From: Kiritimatiellia bacterium
GTDB lineage: Bacteria > Verrucomicrobiota > Kiritimatiellia > RFP12 > UBA1067
Assembly (NCBI GenBank): GCA_017542055.1
Contig: JAFXXW010000009.1
Span: forward strand, 2,204-66,203
Direction: 5' to 3'
DNA length: 64,000 nucleotides
Part shown: positions 45,012 through 53,808 of the stretch, in pieces
Layout: each line of letters opens with the position of its first letter
Numbering within the stretch: the stretch's first letter is position 1
Notes under the pieces: generated by a model
What the model was told of the DNA's origin: nothing
What the model saw: only the letters and a program-made list of their open reading frames with translations
Databases searched by the model: none
Made by a program: the position numbers and the translations under genes

Positions 45012-45821
45012 TCAATCGACCGCGAGTTCGCGGCCGATCTTAGGTACACTCGCCATCAAATAGCGGGTGTACTCTTTTTTTGGGCTCTTGAGGACTTCGT
45101 CGCAAGTCCCGCTCTCTTCGATCTTGCCCCGGTTCATCACGATTATGCGATCGGCGATATGCTGCACCACGCCGATGTCGTGGGTGATGAAAAGAAAACT
45201 GAGCCCCAGCTCGCGCTTGAGGTCCGCCAGCAGATCGAGCACCTGCGCGCGGATGGACAGGTCAAGCGCGGAAACGGCCTCGTCGCAGATGAGGAGCTCC
45301 GGCTTGAGCGCGATGGCCCGCGCGATGCAGATGCGCTGGCGCTGTCCGCCGGAAAACTCGTGCGGATAGCGATCGAGAATCGTCGGCGGCATGCCCACCT
45401 GCTCCAGCAGCTTGGCGGCCGTGGCGCCGGCCTCCTCCTTGGCGATGAGTCCGTGGTAGATCATGCCCTCGGTGAGGATGTCGCGTATGGTATGGCGCGG
45501 GTTGAGGCTCGCCTGCGGATCCTGGAACACCACCTGCACCTTGCGATGGTACTCCAGGAGCTCCTTGCCCTGGAGCGTGGAAATGTCGCGACCGTTCACC
45601 TTGATGGTGCCGCCGCACGGCTTGTTCAGCATCAGAATGGCGCGCGAGGTGGTGCTCTTGCCGCAACCCGACTCGCCCACCACGCCCAGCGTTTCGCCGC
45701 GCCGCAAATCGAAACTCACGCCGTCCACCGCCTTCACGTAGCCGGTGGTGCGCGAAAAAATCCCCTTCTTGATGGGGAAGTAAACCTTCAGGTCACGGAC
45801 CTCGAGAATATTGTCTGGCAT
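45012..45821 (-). CDS. Oligopeptide/dipeptide-type ABC transporter ATP-binding protein (OppF/DppF-like), no cognate permease nearby
   Basis: Last 269 codons of ORF 45012..47165. Walker A GESGCGKST, signature FSGGQRQRICIARA, Walker B LLICDEAVSALD. Confidence 0.8.
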   Translation of the reverse strand: MPDNILEVRDLKVYFPIKKGIFSRTTGYVKAVDGVSFDLRRGETLGVVGESGCGKSTTSRAILMLNKPCGGTIKVNGRDISTLQGKELLEYHRKVQVVFQDPQASLNPRHTIRDILTEGMIYHGLIAKEEAGATAAKLLEQVGMPPTILDRYPHEFSGGQRQRICIARAIALKPELLICDEAVSALDLSIRAQVLDLLADLKRELGLSFLFITHDIGVVQHIADRIIVMNRGKIEESGTCDEVLKSPKKEYTRYLMASVPKIGRELAVD

Positions 45822-47380
45822 TTCTTTTTCGACTCCCTGGGATAGTCCAGCGTGTAATGGAGCCCCCGGCTTTCGTGCCGCTTCTGCGCGCTCTTGACGA
45901 TGAGCTCGGCGCATACGGCCAGGTTCCTCAGCTCCAGCGTATCCGGCGTCACCAGATACTTGAAATAGTATTCGCGGATTTCCTTGCGCAAGGTTTTGAT
46001 GCGATGCGCCGCCCGGTCCAACCGCTTGTTGGTGCGCACGATCCCCACGTAGTCCCACATGAGGCGGCGGATCTCGTCCCACATGTGCGCCACCAGCACC
46101 GCTTCGTCCTCCGGTACCGCGTTGCCAATCCGCCACGCGGGGATTTTCGGCTTGTCCTTGCCGAATTTTTCCGGCCGGGGACCCAGCCGCGCCGCCGTGA
46201 GCCGCGCGCACACCATGGCCTCCATCAGCGAATTGCTGGCCAGCCGGTTGGCGCCGTGCAACCCGGTGGAAGCGCACTCGCCCACCGCGCTCAGGCCCGG
46301 AATGTTCGTCTCGCCCGCGGTGGTGGCCTTGATGCCCCCGCAGGTGTAGTGCGCGGCCGGCACCACCGGAATGAGATCTTTGGCCATGTCGATCCCGAAG
46401 GAGAGACACTTGGCGTAGATGTTGGGGAAGCGCTCCATCAGATACTTCTTCCCCTTCTTGCGGATGTCGAGGAACATGCAGTCGGCGCCGGTGCGCTTCA
46501 TCTCGGAATCGATGCTCCGGGCCACGATGTCGCGCGGCGCCAAACTCCCCCGGGGATCGTACTTGCGCATGAACTCCCGGCCGTTCCGGTCCACCAGCAC
46601 CGCCCCCTCGCCGCGCACCGCCTCGGAAATGAGGAACCGCTTGGCCTGGGGATGGTAGAGACAGGTGGGATGGAACTGGATGAACTCCATGTTCTCGATC
46701 TTGGCGCCGGCCCGCCACGCGAGCGCGATGCCGTCGCCCGTGGCGGTATCGGGGTTGCAGGTGTAGAGGTACACCTTGCCGCAACCGCCCGTGGCGAGAA
46801 TCGTGTTGGGCGACCGGATGGCGTAGATTTCGTTCTTGGCCTTGTCCAGCACGTACGCTCCGAGACACCGGTTTTCGCCCGCGATCCCGATCCGCCTGGT
46901 CATGATGAGATCGATGACTATCGTCTCTTCGCGCCAGTCGATCGACTTCGTCTTCTTCACCGTGCGGATAAGCGCCTTTTCGCACTTTTCGCCGGTGATG
47001 TCGCCCGCGTGGAAAATGCGCCGCGCGCTGTGTCCGCCTTCGCGCGTCAGGTCCCAGCCGCCGTCCGGCTTCTTGTTGAACCTGACCCCGCAGTCGATCA
47101 GATCCTGGATCGCCTCGGGCGCGTGCTCGCAGATTTCGTGCACCACCTGGCTGTTGCCCAGCCACGCCCCGGCGATCATCGTGTCGCGCGCATGCTTGGC
47201 GAAGGAATCCCCCTCGTCCATCACGCAGCAGATGCCGCCCTGCGCAAAGTTGGTGTTGCAGTCCTGCAGCCGACCCTTCGTGACCACCGTCACCTTGCCG
47301 TAGGCGCTCAGGTGCAGCGCGGTCATGAGTCCGGCCATGCCGGACCCCACCACGAAGTAATCGGTGTCGACGATTTTCAA
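45788..47380 (-). CDS. nadB: L-aspartate oxidase
   Basis: TTG at 47380, directly after the glyQS stop. DYFVVGSGMAGLMTAL (FAD fold), RIFHAGDITG, FIQFHPT and GLHGANRLASNSLMEA. Confidence 0.8.
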   Translation of the reverse strand: MKIVDTDYFVVGSGMAGLMTALHLSAYGKVTVVTKGRLQDCNTNFAQGGICCVMDEGDSFAKHARDTMIAGAWLGNSQVVHEICEHAPEAIQDLIDCGVRFNKKPDGGWDLTREGGHSARRIFHAGDITGEKCEKALIRTVKKTKSIDWREETIVIDLIMTRRIGIAGENRCLGAYVLDKAKNEIYAIRSPNTILATGGCGKVYLYTCNPDTATGDGIALAWRAGAKIENMEFIQFHPTCLYHPQAKRFLISEAVRGEGAVLVDRNGREFMRKYDPRGSLAPRDIVARSIDSEMKRTGADCMFLDIRKKGKKYLMERFPNIYAKCLSFGIDMAKDLIPVVPAAHYTCGGIKATTAGETNIPGLSAVGECASTGLHGANRLASNSLMEAMVCARLTAARLGPRPEKFGKDKPKIPAWRIGNAVPEDEAVLVAHMWDEIRRLMWDYVGIVRTNKRLDRAAHRIKTLRKEIREYYFKYLVTPDTLELRNLAVCAELIVKSAQKRHESRGLHYTLDYPRESKKKCQTIFSRSVT

Positions 47381-47382
47381 GC

Positions 47383-48966
47383 TCAGAATTCCAGCTGGTC
47401 GTAGAGCATGGCGAGGAACTCGGGATACGTCATGCGCGTCTGCTTCATCGAGTCGCGCTCGCGCACCGTGAAAGTGCCGTCCTCCACCGACTGTCCGTCC
47501 ACCGTGATGCACCAGGGCGTGCCCGCTTCGTCCTGCCGGCGATACCTGCGTCCGATGGCGCCGGAAACGTCCCACATCACGTTCACCTTCTTCTGGAGCT
47601 TGACGAAGATTTCGCGCGCCAGCTTGTCCTGCGCCTCGTCCTTCTTGATGAGCGGGAAAATGGCCACCTTGATCGGCGCCACCTTGGGGCTGAAATGGAG
47701 CACCGTGCGGACGTCTTCCTTGCCCTTCTCGTCCACGAGCTTCTCTTCCTCGTAGGCCTCGCACAGCAGCGCCAGCATCAACCGGTCCACGCCGGCCGAA
47801 GGTTCGATCACGTGCGGAACGTACTTGCCCTCGAAAAGGTTCTGGCAGAACTTCTCGGCCGCGATCGCGTCCTTGCCGCGCTTGACCCAGTCAGCCTGCA
47901 CCTTCTCGACGAAAGCCTTCCTCGCGGCCTCGTCCATCCGCTTGGCGGCCTGCTTCAGCGGATCGTCGAACACCATCTGGCTCTGGCCGGAATGGATCTG
48001 GTGCTGGGTGAGATCGAAGTCGCTGCGCGCCGCGATGCCCTCCAGCTCCTGCCGGCCGAACGGGAAGTCGTACTCGATGTCCACGCACGCCCGGGCGTAG
48101 TGCGCCAGCTCGTCCGGCTTTTGCCAGTATTCCACGAACCGCTCGGTGGGGAGGCCCACCGCGTTCAGGAATTTCTTGCGCTGTTCCACCCAGTACTTGT
48201 GCCACACTTCCCAGCCCCAGTCGTCCTGCACCGGGCCGCTCAAATCGGGCTTGTCCTTGAGCGTGACCACGTGGCCGTGGAGAATCTCCACCGCCTCGTC
48301 GGGCCGGATGAAGAACTCCAGCTCCATCTGCTCGAATTCGCGACTGCGGAACGTGTAGTTCCGGGGCGTCACCTCGTTGCGGAAACTCTTGCCCATCTGC
48401 GCGATGCCGAACGGCACGGTCTGGCGACTCGTGGCGAGCACGTTCTGGAACTGCGCAAAGATGGCCTGCGCCGTTTCGGGCCGCAGATACGCCACGTTCG
48501 ACGGATCGTCGACGGGTCCCACGATCGTCTTGAACATGAGATTGAACGGCTTGGGCTCGGTCAGCTCGCCGCCGCAGTAGGGACAGAAAAAGTCGCTGCC
48601 CGGAATCTTGGGCTGGGGCTTTTTCTTCTGGTCGGCGTAGATGTCCTTGATCTGGTCGGACCGCATCAGCTTCTTGCAGTCCTTGCACATCGTCATCGGA
48701 TCGGCGAAAGTGTCCAGATGGCCCGAAGCCTTCCAGATTTTCGGGTGCATGATGATGGCGGCGTCGAGTCCCGCCACGTCCTCGCGACCGCGCACCGTGA
48801 ACTGCCACCACGCCTGCTTCACGTTGGCCTTGAGCTCGCTGCCCAAAGGACCATAATCCCAGAATCCCGGCATTCCGCCGTAGATTTCGGACGAGTGATA
48901 GATGAACCCGCGACGCTTGCACAGCGCCGCGAGCGCGTCGAGCGACGACTTGTTTTCTTCCGCCAT
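47383..48966 (-). CDS. glyQS: Glycine--tRNA ligase (dimeric GlyQS type)
   Basis: ATG at 48966 (TGATG overlap with the accA stop). MAEENKSSLDALAALCKRRGFIYHSSEIYGGMPGFWDYGPLGSELK, FRNEVTPRNYTFRSREFEQMELEFF and PHVIEPSAGVDR. Confidence 0.9.
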   Translation of the reverse strand: MAEENKSSLDALAALCKRRGFIYHSSEIYGGMPGFWDYGPLGSELKANVKQAWWQFTVRGREDVAGLDAAIIMHPKIWKASGHLDTFADPMTMCKDCKKLMRSDQIKDIYADQKKKPQPKIPGSDFFCPYCGGELTEPKPFNLMFKTIVGPVDDPSNVAYLRPETAQAIFAQFQNVLATSRQTVPFGIAQMGKSFRNEVTPRNYTFRSREFEQMELEFFIRPDEAVEILHGHVVTLKDKPDLSGPVQDDWGWEVWHKYWVEQRKKFLNAVGLPTERFVEYWQKPDELAHYARACVDIEYDFPFGRQELEGIAARSDFDLTQHQIHSGQSQMVFDDPLKQAAKRMDEAARKAFVEKVQADWVKRGKDAIAAEKFCQNLFEGKYVPHVIEPSAGVDRLMLALLCEAYEEEKLVDEKGKEDVRTVLHFSPKVAPIKVAIFPLIKKDEAQDKLAREIFVKLQKKVNVMWDVSGAIGRRYRRQDEAGTPWCITVDGQSVEDGTFTVRERDSMKQTRMTYPEFLAMLYDQLEF

Positions 48967-49820
48967 CAGTTGAACCTTCCCATCTTCATCAGCTTTTCGT
49001 ATCGCGCGGCCATGAGCTCGTCGAGCGACCGCTTTTTGAGCTCCTTGAGCGCTTTCAGCACTGCCGCCTTCACGTAGGCCGCGGCCGCCTGGTGGTCGGT
49101 TTGCGCGCCGCCCCGGGGTTCCGGCACGATCTCGTCGATGACTCCCAGCCTCGCCAGATCCGCCGCCGTGATCTTGAGCGCCTCGGCCGCCAGCGGAGCC
49201 GCCTTGCCGTCGCGCCACAGAATGCCCGCGCAGCCTTCCGGCGAAATGACGGAATAGACGGCGTTCTCCAGCATGAGGATGCGGTCTCCCACCGCGATCG
49301 CCAAAGCTCCGCCCGAACCGCCTTCGCCCGTCACCACCACCACGATCGGCGTCTTGAGCCCCGCGAAAACCTCCAGGCTCTTGGCGATGGCCTCGGCCTG
49401 TCCGCGCGCTTCGGCCGTGTCGCCGGGATAGGCTCCGGGCGTGTCCACGAAAGTCACGATGGGCAGATGGAACTTCTCCGCCAGCCTCCCCAGGCGCATC
49501 GCCTTGCGATAGCCGTCGGGGTTGACCATGCCGAAATTGGCCTCCATGTTCTCTTCCACCGTGGCGCCCTTGTGGTGACCCAGCACCAGCACCTTCTCGC
49601 CACCGATGGTGGCGAAACCGCCGATGAGCGCGCGGTCGTCGTTGACCAGCCTATCGCCATGCAGTTCCTCGAAGTCGCTCGCCATCTCGCGCAGGAAATC
49701 GGCGAGGTGCGGACGCTTGGCGTCGCGCGCCAGCTGCACCCGGTCCCAAGCGGTAGGCGCCTTGGCCTTGGGCGTCTTGGGCGTTTTGGCCGTCTTGGCC
49801 ACAGTCTTCTTGCTTGCCAT
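48966..49820 (-). CDS. accA: Acetyl-CoA carboxylase carboxyltransferase alpha subunit
   Basis: PIVTFVDTPGAYPG, EARGQAEAIAKSL and GEGGSGGALAIAVGD. The N-terminus is Lys/Thr/Pro-rich. Confidence 0.85.
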   Translation of the reverse strand: MASKKTVAKTAKTPKTPKAKAPTAWDRVQLARDAKRPHLADFLREMASDFEELHGDRLVNDDRALIGGFATIGGEKVLVLGHHKGATVEENMEANFGMVNPDGYRKAMRLGRLAEKFHLPIVTFVDTPGAYPGDTAEARGQAEAIAKSLEVFAGLKTPIVVVVTGEGGSGGALAIAVGDRILMLENAVYSVISPEGCAGILWRDGKAAPLAAEALKITAADLARLGVIDEIVPEPRGGAQTDHQAAAAYVKAAVLKALKELKKRSLDELMAARYEKLMKMGRFN

Positions 49821-49838
49821 GATTGAATTCCTCCCCGC

Positions 49839-50669
49839 TTAGCAGCCCCAGTAGTTGAGCATCTTGGCGATGAACGCCTTCAGGTCCTTGCGCTCCACGA
49901 TCTTGTCGATGAAGCCGTGCTTCTCCAGATACTCCGCGCTCTGGAAATCGTCCGGCAGCTTCTGGTGGATGGTGTTCTCGATGACTCGCCGCCCAGCAAA
50001 GCCGATCAGCGCCTTGGGCTCGGTGATGTTGATGTCGCCCAGCATCGCGTACGACGCGCTGACGCCGCCCGTCGTGGGATCGGTGAGCACGCTGATGTAC
50101 GGCAACCCCGACTCCTTCAGCTTGCCGATGGCGGCCGAGGTCTTGGCCATCTGCATGAGACTCAAAATGCCCTCGTGCATCCGGGCCCCGCCCGACGCCG
50201 AAAAGATCACGAGCGCCCGCTTTTCCGCCATCGCCGTTTCGCACGCCCGGGCGATGCGTTCGCCCGTGCCGGTCCCCAGGCTCCCGCCCATGAAGGCGAA
50301 ATCCATCACGCCCAGCATCACCGGATGCCCCCCGATCGTCGCCCGGCCCATCACGATGGACTCGGTCTCTTTCGTCTTGGCGATCGTCGCCTCCACCTTG
50401 CTCTTGTAGTCGCCCGACGCGTCGTGGAACTCCAGATGGTCGGAGTAGCTCACCGCGCGGAACAGCTCCTCGAAACTCCCCTCGTCCGCCACTTGCGCAA
50501 TGCGTTCGCGCGCCGACAGCCGCCCGTGATAGTTGCACCGGGGGCAGATGGCGTTGTTGGCCTTCCACTCCTCCTTGGGCATGTGGCTCTTGCACTTGGG
50601 GCACACGGCCCACAGCGCCTTGGCCGGCGGAATGGCCGGCTTCTCCTTTTTCGCCTCGAACCAACTCAT
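49839..50669 (-). CDS. accD: Acetyl-CoA carboxylase carboxyltransferase beta subunit
   Basis: Zinc ribbon CPKCKSH...CPRCNYH, then MGGSLGTGTGERI and SASGGARMHEG. Confidence 0.85.
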   Translation of the reverse strand: MSWFEAKKEKPAIPPAKALWAVCPKCKSHMPKEEWKANNAICPRCNYHGRLSARERIAQVADEGSFEELFRAVSYSDHLEFHDASGDYKSKVEATIAKTKETESIVMGRATIGGHPVMLGVMDFAFMGGSLGTGTGERIARACETAMAEKRALVIFSASGGARMHEGILSLMQMAKTSAAIGKLKESGLPYISVLTDPTTGGVSASYAMLGDINITEPKALIGFAGRRVIENTIHQKLPDDFQSAEYLEKHGFIDKIVERKDLKAFIAKMLNYWGC

Positions 50670-50682
50670 CTTTTTCGCTCCT

Positions 50683-51213
50683 TTACATTGGCATGTAGTG
50701 TACGCCCACGACCGTCGCCTTCCGGCCGCCGATGGCCTTGTAATTGTGACTCACGAGCGCGTTGAAATAGGCGCTGTCGCCCTTTTTGAGCGTTTCGCGC
50801 CTGTCGCCGTAGTTGAGTTCCACCTCGCCGTCGATGACCAGCATGAAGAATTCGCCCTCGAACGTCATGTTGCGCACCGTGCCCTTTTCGTCCAGCTCGA
50901 TCCAGTACGGGTCCATGTTGCGATCGGGCTTGCCGTGCGCCATCATCTTGACTCCCTCGGCGTCCACCGGTTCCTCCGCGCGCGAAATGATGGGATCGGG
51001 CTCGTACTGGTCGTCCATGAACGTCCCCAGCCGCTGACCCATGGCCTTGGCGATGCGGAACATGGCGCCCATGCCGGGCAGGAGCGTACCGTTCTCCAAC
51101 CGGGTGATGGTACGCACGTCCACCTGACTCTTGAGGCCCAATTCCTCGACGGTCATGCCCAGATTTTCGCGATACGCTTTCACGCGCGCGCCAAGTTGTG
51201 CTTGATTGGCCAT
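50683..51213 (-). CDS. XRE-family HTH transcriptional regulator with C-terminal cupin domain
   Basis: LGARVKAYRENLGMTVEELGLKSQVDVRTITRLENG (HTH_3), followed by a cupin-like GEFFMLVIDGEVELNYGD...GDSAYF...HNY. AAGGAG RBS. Confidence 0.75.
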   Translation of the reverse strand: MANQAQLGARVKAYRENLGMTVEELGLKSQVDVRTITRLENGTLLPGMGAMFRIAKAMGQRLGTFMDDQYEPDPIISRAEEPVDAEGVKMMAHGKPDRNMDPYWIELDEKGTVRNMTFEGEFFMLVIDGEVELNYGDRRETLKKGDSAYFNALVSHNYKAIGGRKATVVGVHYMPM

Positions 51214-51227
51214 ACTGCTCCTTTTTC

Positions 51228-51238
51228 TAGATTATCTA
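51228..51238. promoter_or_regulatory. Palindrome TAGAT-T-ATCTA between -10 and RBS of the XRE-cupin gene (candidate operator)
   Basis: Perfect 5+1+5 inverted repeat at 51228-51238, immediately downstream of the -10 hexamer (51241-51246). Confidence 0.35.
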
Positions 51239-51240
51239 AT

Positions 51241-51269
51241 ATTATACCATATTCCGGGCGGAAAATCAA
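51241..51269 (-). promoter_or_regulatory. Sigma70-type promoter of the XRE-accD-accA-glyQS-nadB unit
   Basis: Minus strand reads cgcTTGATTttccgcccggaatatggTATAATatt, with -35 TTGATT (overlapping the GT4 gene stop codon), a 17 nt spacer and TGG-extended TATAAT. Confidence 0.7.
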
Positions 51270-52093
51270 GCGATTTTTCGCAAGATCGCCAATCGGAGCA
51301 TTTCCGTCCGGTCCTCGCCGGAAGCCGCGAGAAAGCCCTTGACGTACTCTAGCCGCCCGCCATACTTTTCTCCGTCGCCCCACGCAGGAGCCCCGTCCGT
51401 GACGATCACGTCCTTGCCGCGCTCCAACGCCTCGGCCACCACCAACCCGAAATTGTCGGACAAAGTAGGCAGCGCCAGCACCTGGCACCAATCCCAAATT
51501 CGCGCCTTTTCCTCGCCAAAAACCCTACTCGCCACCTTGAGCTCCACTTGATTCCCCAACTCCTCGACCGCCCGCTCCAGATACTCGAGCCCCTTCAAAG
51601 GATGCGCCCGCCCCATATAGAGCACCCGCAAGGCTCCCCGCCGATCTTGTCCCTTCGGTCCCTCCCCGGCGTCCAACCGGAAAAACCGCTTGATGTCCGT
51701 CACCTCCACCCGCTTCACCTTGGGTTCGTACCGACGGATCCACCCCGCTTCCGCCTCGCACGTGGCGATCACGCATTCCGCGCGCCTTAGCGCCCAACGC
51801 TCCACCGGTCCCGCCAAAAACTTCTTCCACCCGTGATACTTGAGCCGGATGGGATCGTAACTCGCCTCCGGCACCCACTTGACGCGCTTCCCCCATAAGG
51901 CCGCCCACCAGAGACACGGCTTCCACGCGCAGTGGATCCACACTTCGTCCGCCGCGACCAGTTCCCGCGCCGACGCCCAAATCCGGGCCGTCGTCTCGTG
52001 GCCCAAACCCGACTGCTCCGCCATGATGAGCCGGGCGATCCGGGCCGCCCCGTTGTTCTCCTCCCAGCCGGCGCAAACGTGGACTATCTTCAC
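51266..52093 (-). CDS. GT4-family (GT-B fold) glycosyltransferase
   Basis: GTG at 52093 (GTGA overlap with the upstream stop). VKIVHVCAGWEENNGAARIA...LRVLYMGRAHPLKG...LALPTLSDNFGLVVAEALERG is the E-x7-E-type C-terminal motif region. Confidence 0.6.
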   Translation of the reverse strand: MKIVHVCAGWEENNGAARIARLIMAEQSGLGHETTARIWASARELVAADEVWIHCAWKPCLWWAALWGKRVKWVPEASYDPIRLKYHGWKKFLAGPVERWALRRAECVIATCEAEAGWIRRYEPKVKRVEVTDIKRFFRLDAGEGPKGQDRRGALRVLYMGRAHPLKGLEYLERAVEELGNQVELKVASRVFGEEKARIWDWCQVLALPTLSDNFGLVVAEALERGKDVIVTDGAPAWGDGEKYGGRLEYVKGFLAASGEDRTEMLRLAILRKIA

Positions 52094-53589
52094 CGCTCCC
52101 CTTCCCGGTTGTCGTGCCATTCCAGTCGGGAAACGGAAATCCCGTCCCACAACTTGGCGCCCGGACAAGCGAAAACGTTGCCGGTCACCGCGATATGGCC
52201 GTGATACGGCGTTTGCTGTCCGGCCAAATCCGGCACGGACGGAGCCGAAGTGATCACCGCGTGGCAGAACTGGTAGCGCGAAGTGAGGCAATCGAGGAAG
52301 CGGTTGCCCGCAATCTCCACCTCCGTGCACGCGCCCGACTCGAACCAGTTGGACGCGTCGCCCGCCAGCAAAATGGCGCTGCCCGAAACGTGATCGAACG
52401 TATTGTCCCGCACCGTCACCTTGCCCGGCGTGGTGAAAAGCGCCGCTCTCGCCCGGTTGTTTTTGACCGTATTGCCCGTAAACTCCACTTCCGGCTGATA
52501 GTCCGCGTTCTCCACCGCGTCGCCGACTCCCAATCCCGCCGGCACTTCGTCCGCCAACGTCAAAACTACCGTCCTTTCGTCAAGGCGATCCACTTCCCGC
52601 ACCGTCGTCTCGGGGCCGTTCTCCAACGTGCGCGACCGGATGAAGCGCAGCTTTTCTCCCGGCCCGAATACCTCGAAGCCGATCGCCTGCGGATGCATGT
52701 AGCGACACTTGATCCGCTTCCCCTCCTGTGTTTCCTCGATCCTGAGACACGTGGAATGCACGTTGATGGCGTCGTCCATCATTCCCTCGAATCTCGCGCC
52801 CTTGACCAATATCTTCCCCCGGCAATTCGAAAAGTGCGTGGCGTCCGCTTGGGTGGAACAAAAACACCCCTCGCGCGGATACACGCCCCCGCCCGACCAC
52901 TCGATATCGCCCGACCGCTGCGCCAACAGTCCCATCCCGTGCGCGGAATGGACCGTCACCTGGTCCAGCTTCACGTCTTGGGCCCGGTAGAGACAGATGG
53001 CGGGAGAGGGCCTGCTCCACGCGCGCATCGATATTATATCTCCCGCCGTCGCCTGCGACCACTCGAAATCGTCGCCCGTATCCGGCTTGATGGACCTCGT
53101 CTCCCCGTCCCACAACATCCAGGCGTTGGCCGTTTCCCCGTCGCACCCGTGCACCCGCCAAGCGAGCTCCGGTTTGCCGTCCTTGTCCATGCCCTCGTAC
53201 CTCGCTTCGCCGATGGGCGGCTCGGCCCAGTCCAAGGCCAGGTTCTCCAGCCGCACCGCTTTGGCGTCCATCAACAAAATCCCCGTCGACTCGCCGTGAA
53301 AGACGAGCCTCGCCCCCTTCCCCAATCCGCGCAACGTAAAGTTTTCCACCCCGCACAACGGCAACTGCACCTTGCGCGGCACCGGTTGGTCGTGATTGGA
53401 AACGTACACCTCCATCCGTCTGGCCCGGTCCGCGTAGAAATGGTACTCGCCCTCCGCCAGCTCCAGCGTCTCGCCCGACTTCGCCCGCACCTGCACCGCC
53501 CGGGTCATATCGTTAGTCCCGTCGGGGGTGATCGCCCCGACGAGACTCAACGCCGCCACCATGCAATTGGCCATCAAAACTACGCTCAT
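52090..53589 (-). CDS. Secreted right-handed parallel beta-helix (pectin-lyase-fold) protein, putative glycoside hydrolase/lyase
   Basis: 499 aa. Signal-like MSVVLMANCMVAALSLVGA, and repeated short beta-helix rungs (NVHSTCLRIE, VENADYQPEVEFTGNTVKNNRARAALFTT, TVRDNTFDHVSGSAILLAG, EIAGNRFLDC). Confidence 0.5.
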   Translation of the reverse strand: MSVVLMANCMVAALSLVGAITPDGTNDMTRAVQVRAKSGETLELAEGEYHFYADRARRMEVYVSNHDQPVPRKVQLPLCGVENFTLRGLGKGARLVFHGESTGILLMDAKAVRLENLALDWAEPPIGEARYEGMDKDGKPELAWRVHGCDGETANAWMLWDGETRSIKPDTGDDFEWSQATAGDIISMRAWSRPSPAICLYRAQDVKLDQVTVHSAHGMGLLAQRSGDIEWSGGGVYPREGCFCSTQADATHFSNCRGKILVKGARFEGMMDDAINVHSTCLRIEETQEGKRIKCRYMHPQAIGFEVFGPGEKLRFIRSRTLENGPETTVREVDRLDERTVVLTLADEVPAGLGVGDAVENADYQPEVEFTGNTVKNNRARAALFTTPGKVTVRDNTFDHVSGSAILLAGDASNWFESGACTEVEIAGNRFLDCLTSRYQFCHAVITSAPSVPDLAGQQTPYHGHIAVTGNVFACPGAKLWDGISVSRLEWHDNREGER

Positions 53590-53636
53590 TCCTGGGCCGC
53601 CGATAGGTTACCGGAATTTTTCCCGAATTTTTTCAT
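53586..53636 (-). CDS. Candidate leaderless 16-codon uORF (MKKFGKNSGNLSAAQE) coupled by ATGA to the beta-helix gene
   Basis: My translation. ATG at 53636 lies 10 nt below the -10 hexamer. Its TGA (53588-53586) overlaps the main ATG (53589-53587). The main ORF has no properly spaced SD. Confidence 0.3.
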   Translation of the reverse strand: MKKFGKNSGNLSAAQE

Positions 53637-53646
53637 CTTGCTCCAT

Positions 53647-53675
53647 ATTATACCATATTTTCTCCCCGATTTCAA
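53647..53675 (-). promoter_or_regulatory. Sigma70-type promoter of the beta-helix/GT4 unit
   Basis: Minus strand reads tgcTTGAAAtcggggagaaaatatggTATAATatg, with -35 TTGAAA, a 17 nt spacer and TGG-extended TATAAT. Confidence 0.65.
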
Positions 53676-53700
53676 GCAAAATCTTCCCTCCCCTCTCCAA

Positions 53701-53742
53701 TTCAATCACCAATCATAAATCCAAAATCGCAAATCGTAAATC
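53701..53742. repeat. Six tandem heptamers NNNAATC (minus strand GATTNNN) upstream of the promoter
   Basis: ttcaatc accaatc ataaatc caaaatc gcaaatc gtaaatc, read directly from 53701-53742. Confidence 0.6.
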
Positions 53743-53760
53743 ACTTCCTCTTCCTTTTCC

Positions 53761-53790
53761 GCCCCTCGGTCCATGGGGTCAGTCCCCACT
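53761..53790 (+). repeat. Left copy of imperfect ~30 nt direct repeat (core GTCCATGGGGTCAGTC, 53769-53784)
   Basis: gcccctcgGTCCATGGGGTCAGTCcccactg compared with gccccttgtgcGTCCATGGGGTCAGTCaactg at 61323-61354. The 16 nt core is identical, with shared gcccct and actg flanks. Confidence 0.6.
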
Positions 53791-53808
53791 GACACCCACG
53801 CGGGGCGC

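Noticed and set aside
45012-47165. The 717 aa ORF (and similarly 7276..8781, 7761..9869, 26841..29402, 39325..41610, 53881..56130) as full-length proteins.
   Set aside because: Only the C-terminal parts carry real domains (OppF-like ATPase, LeuD, LeuC, sialidase, DksA-like, LysR). The upstream parts overlap neighbouring genes in another frame, and internal ATGs with coupling overlaps or promoters fit better.
53033-53038. TATAAT hexamer (minus strand) inside the beta-helix gene.
   Set aside because: It has no TGn extension, no TTGA-type -35 at 16-18 nt (TGGTCG), and lies in the middle of a coding region. It does not match the promoter family.
53611-53646. 12-codon ORF starting at ATG 53646 (MEQDEKIREKFR).
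   Set aside because: The ATG abuts the -10 hexamer and so lies upstream of any plausible transcription start. The 16-codon frame starting at 53636 is the only candidate uORF.
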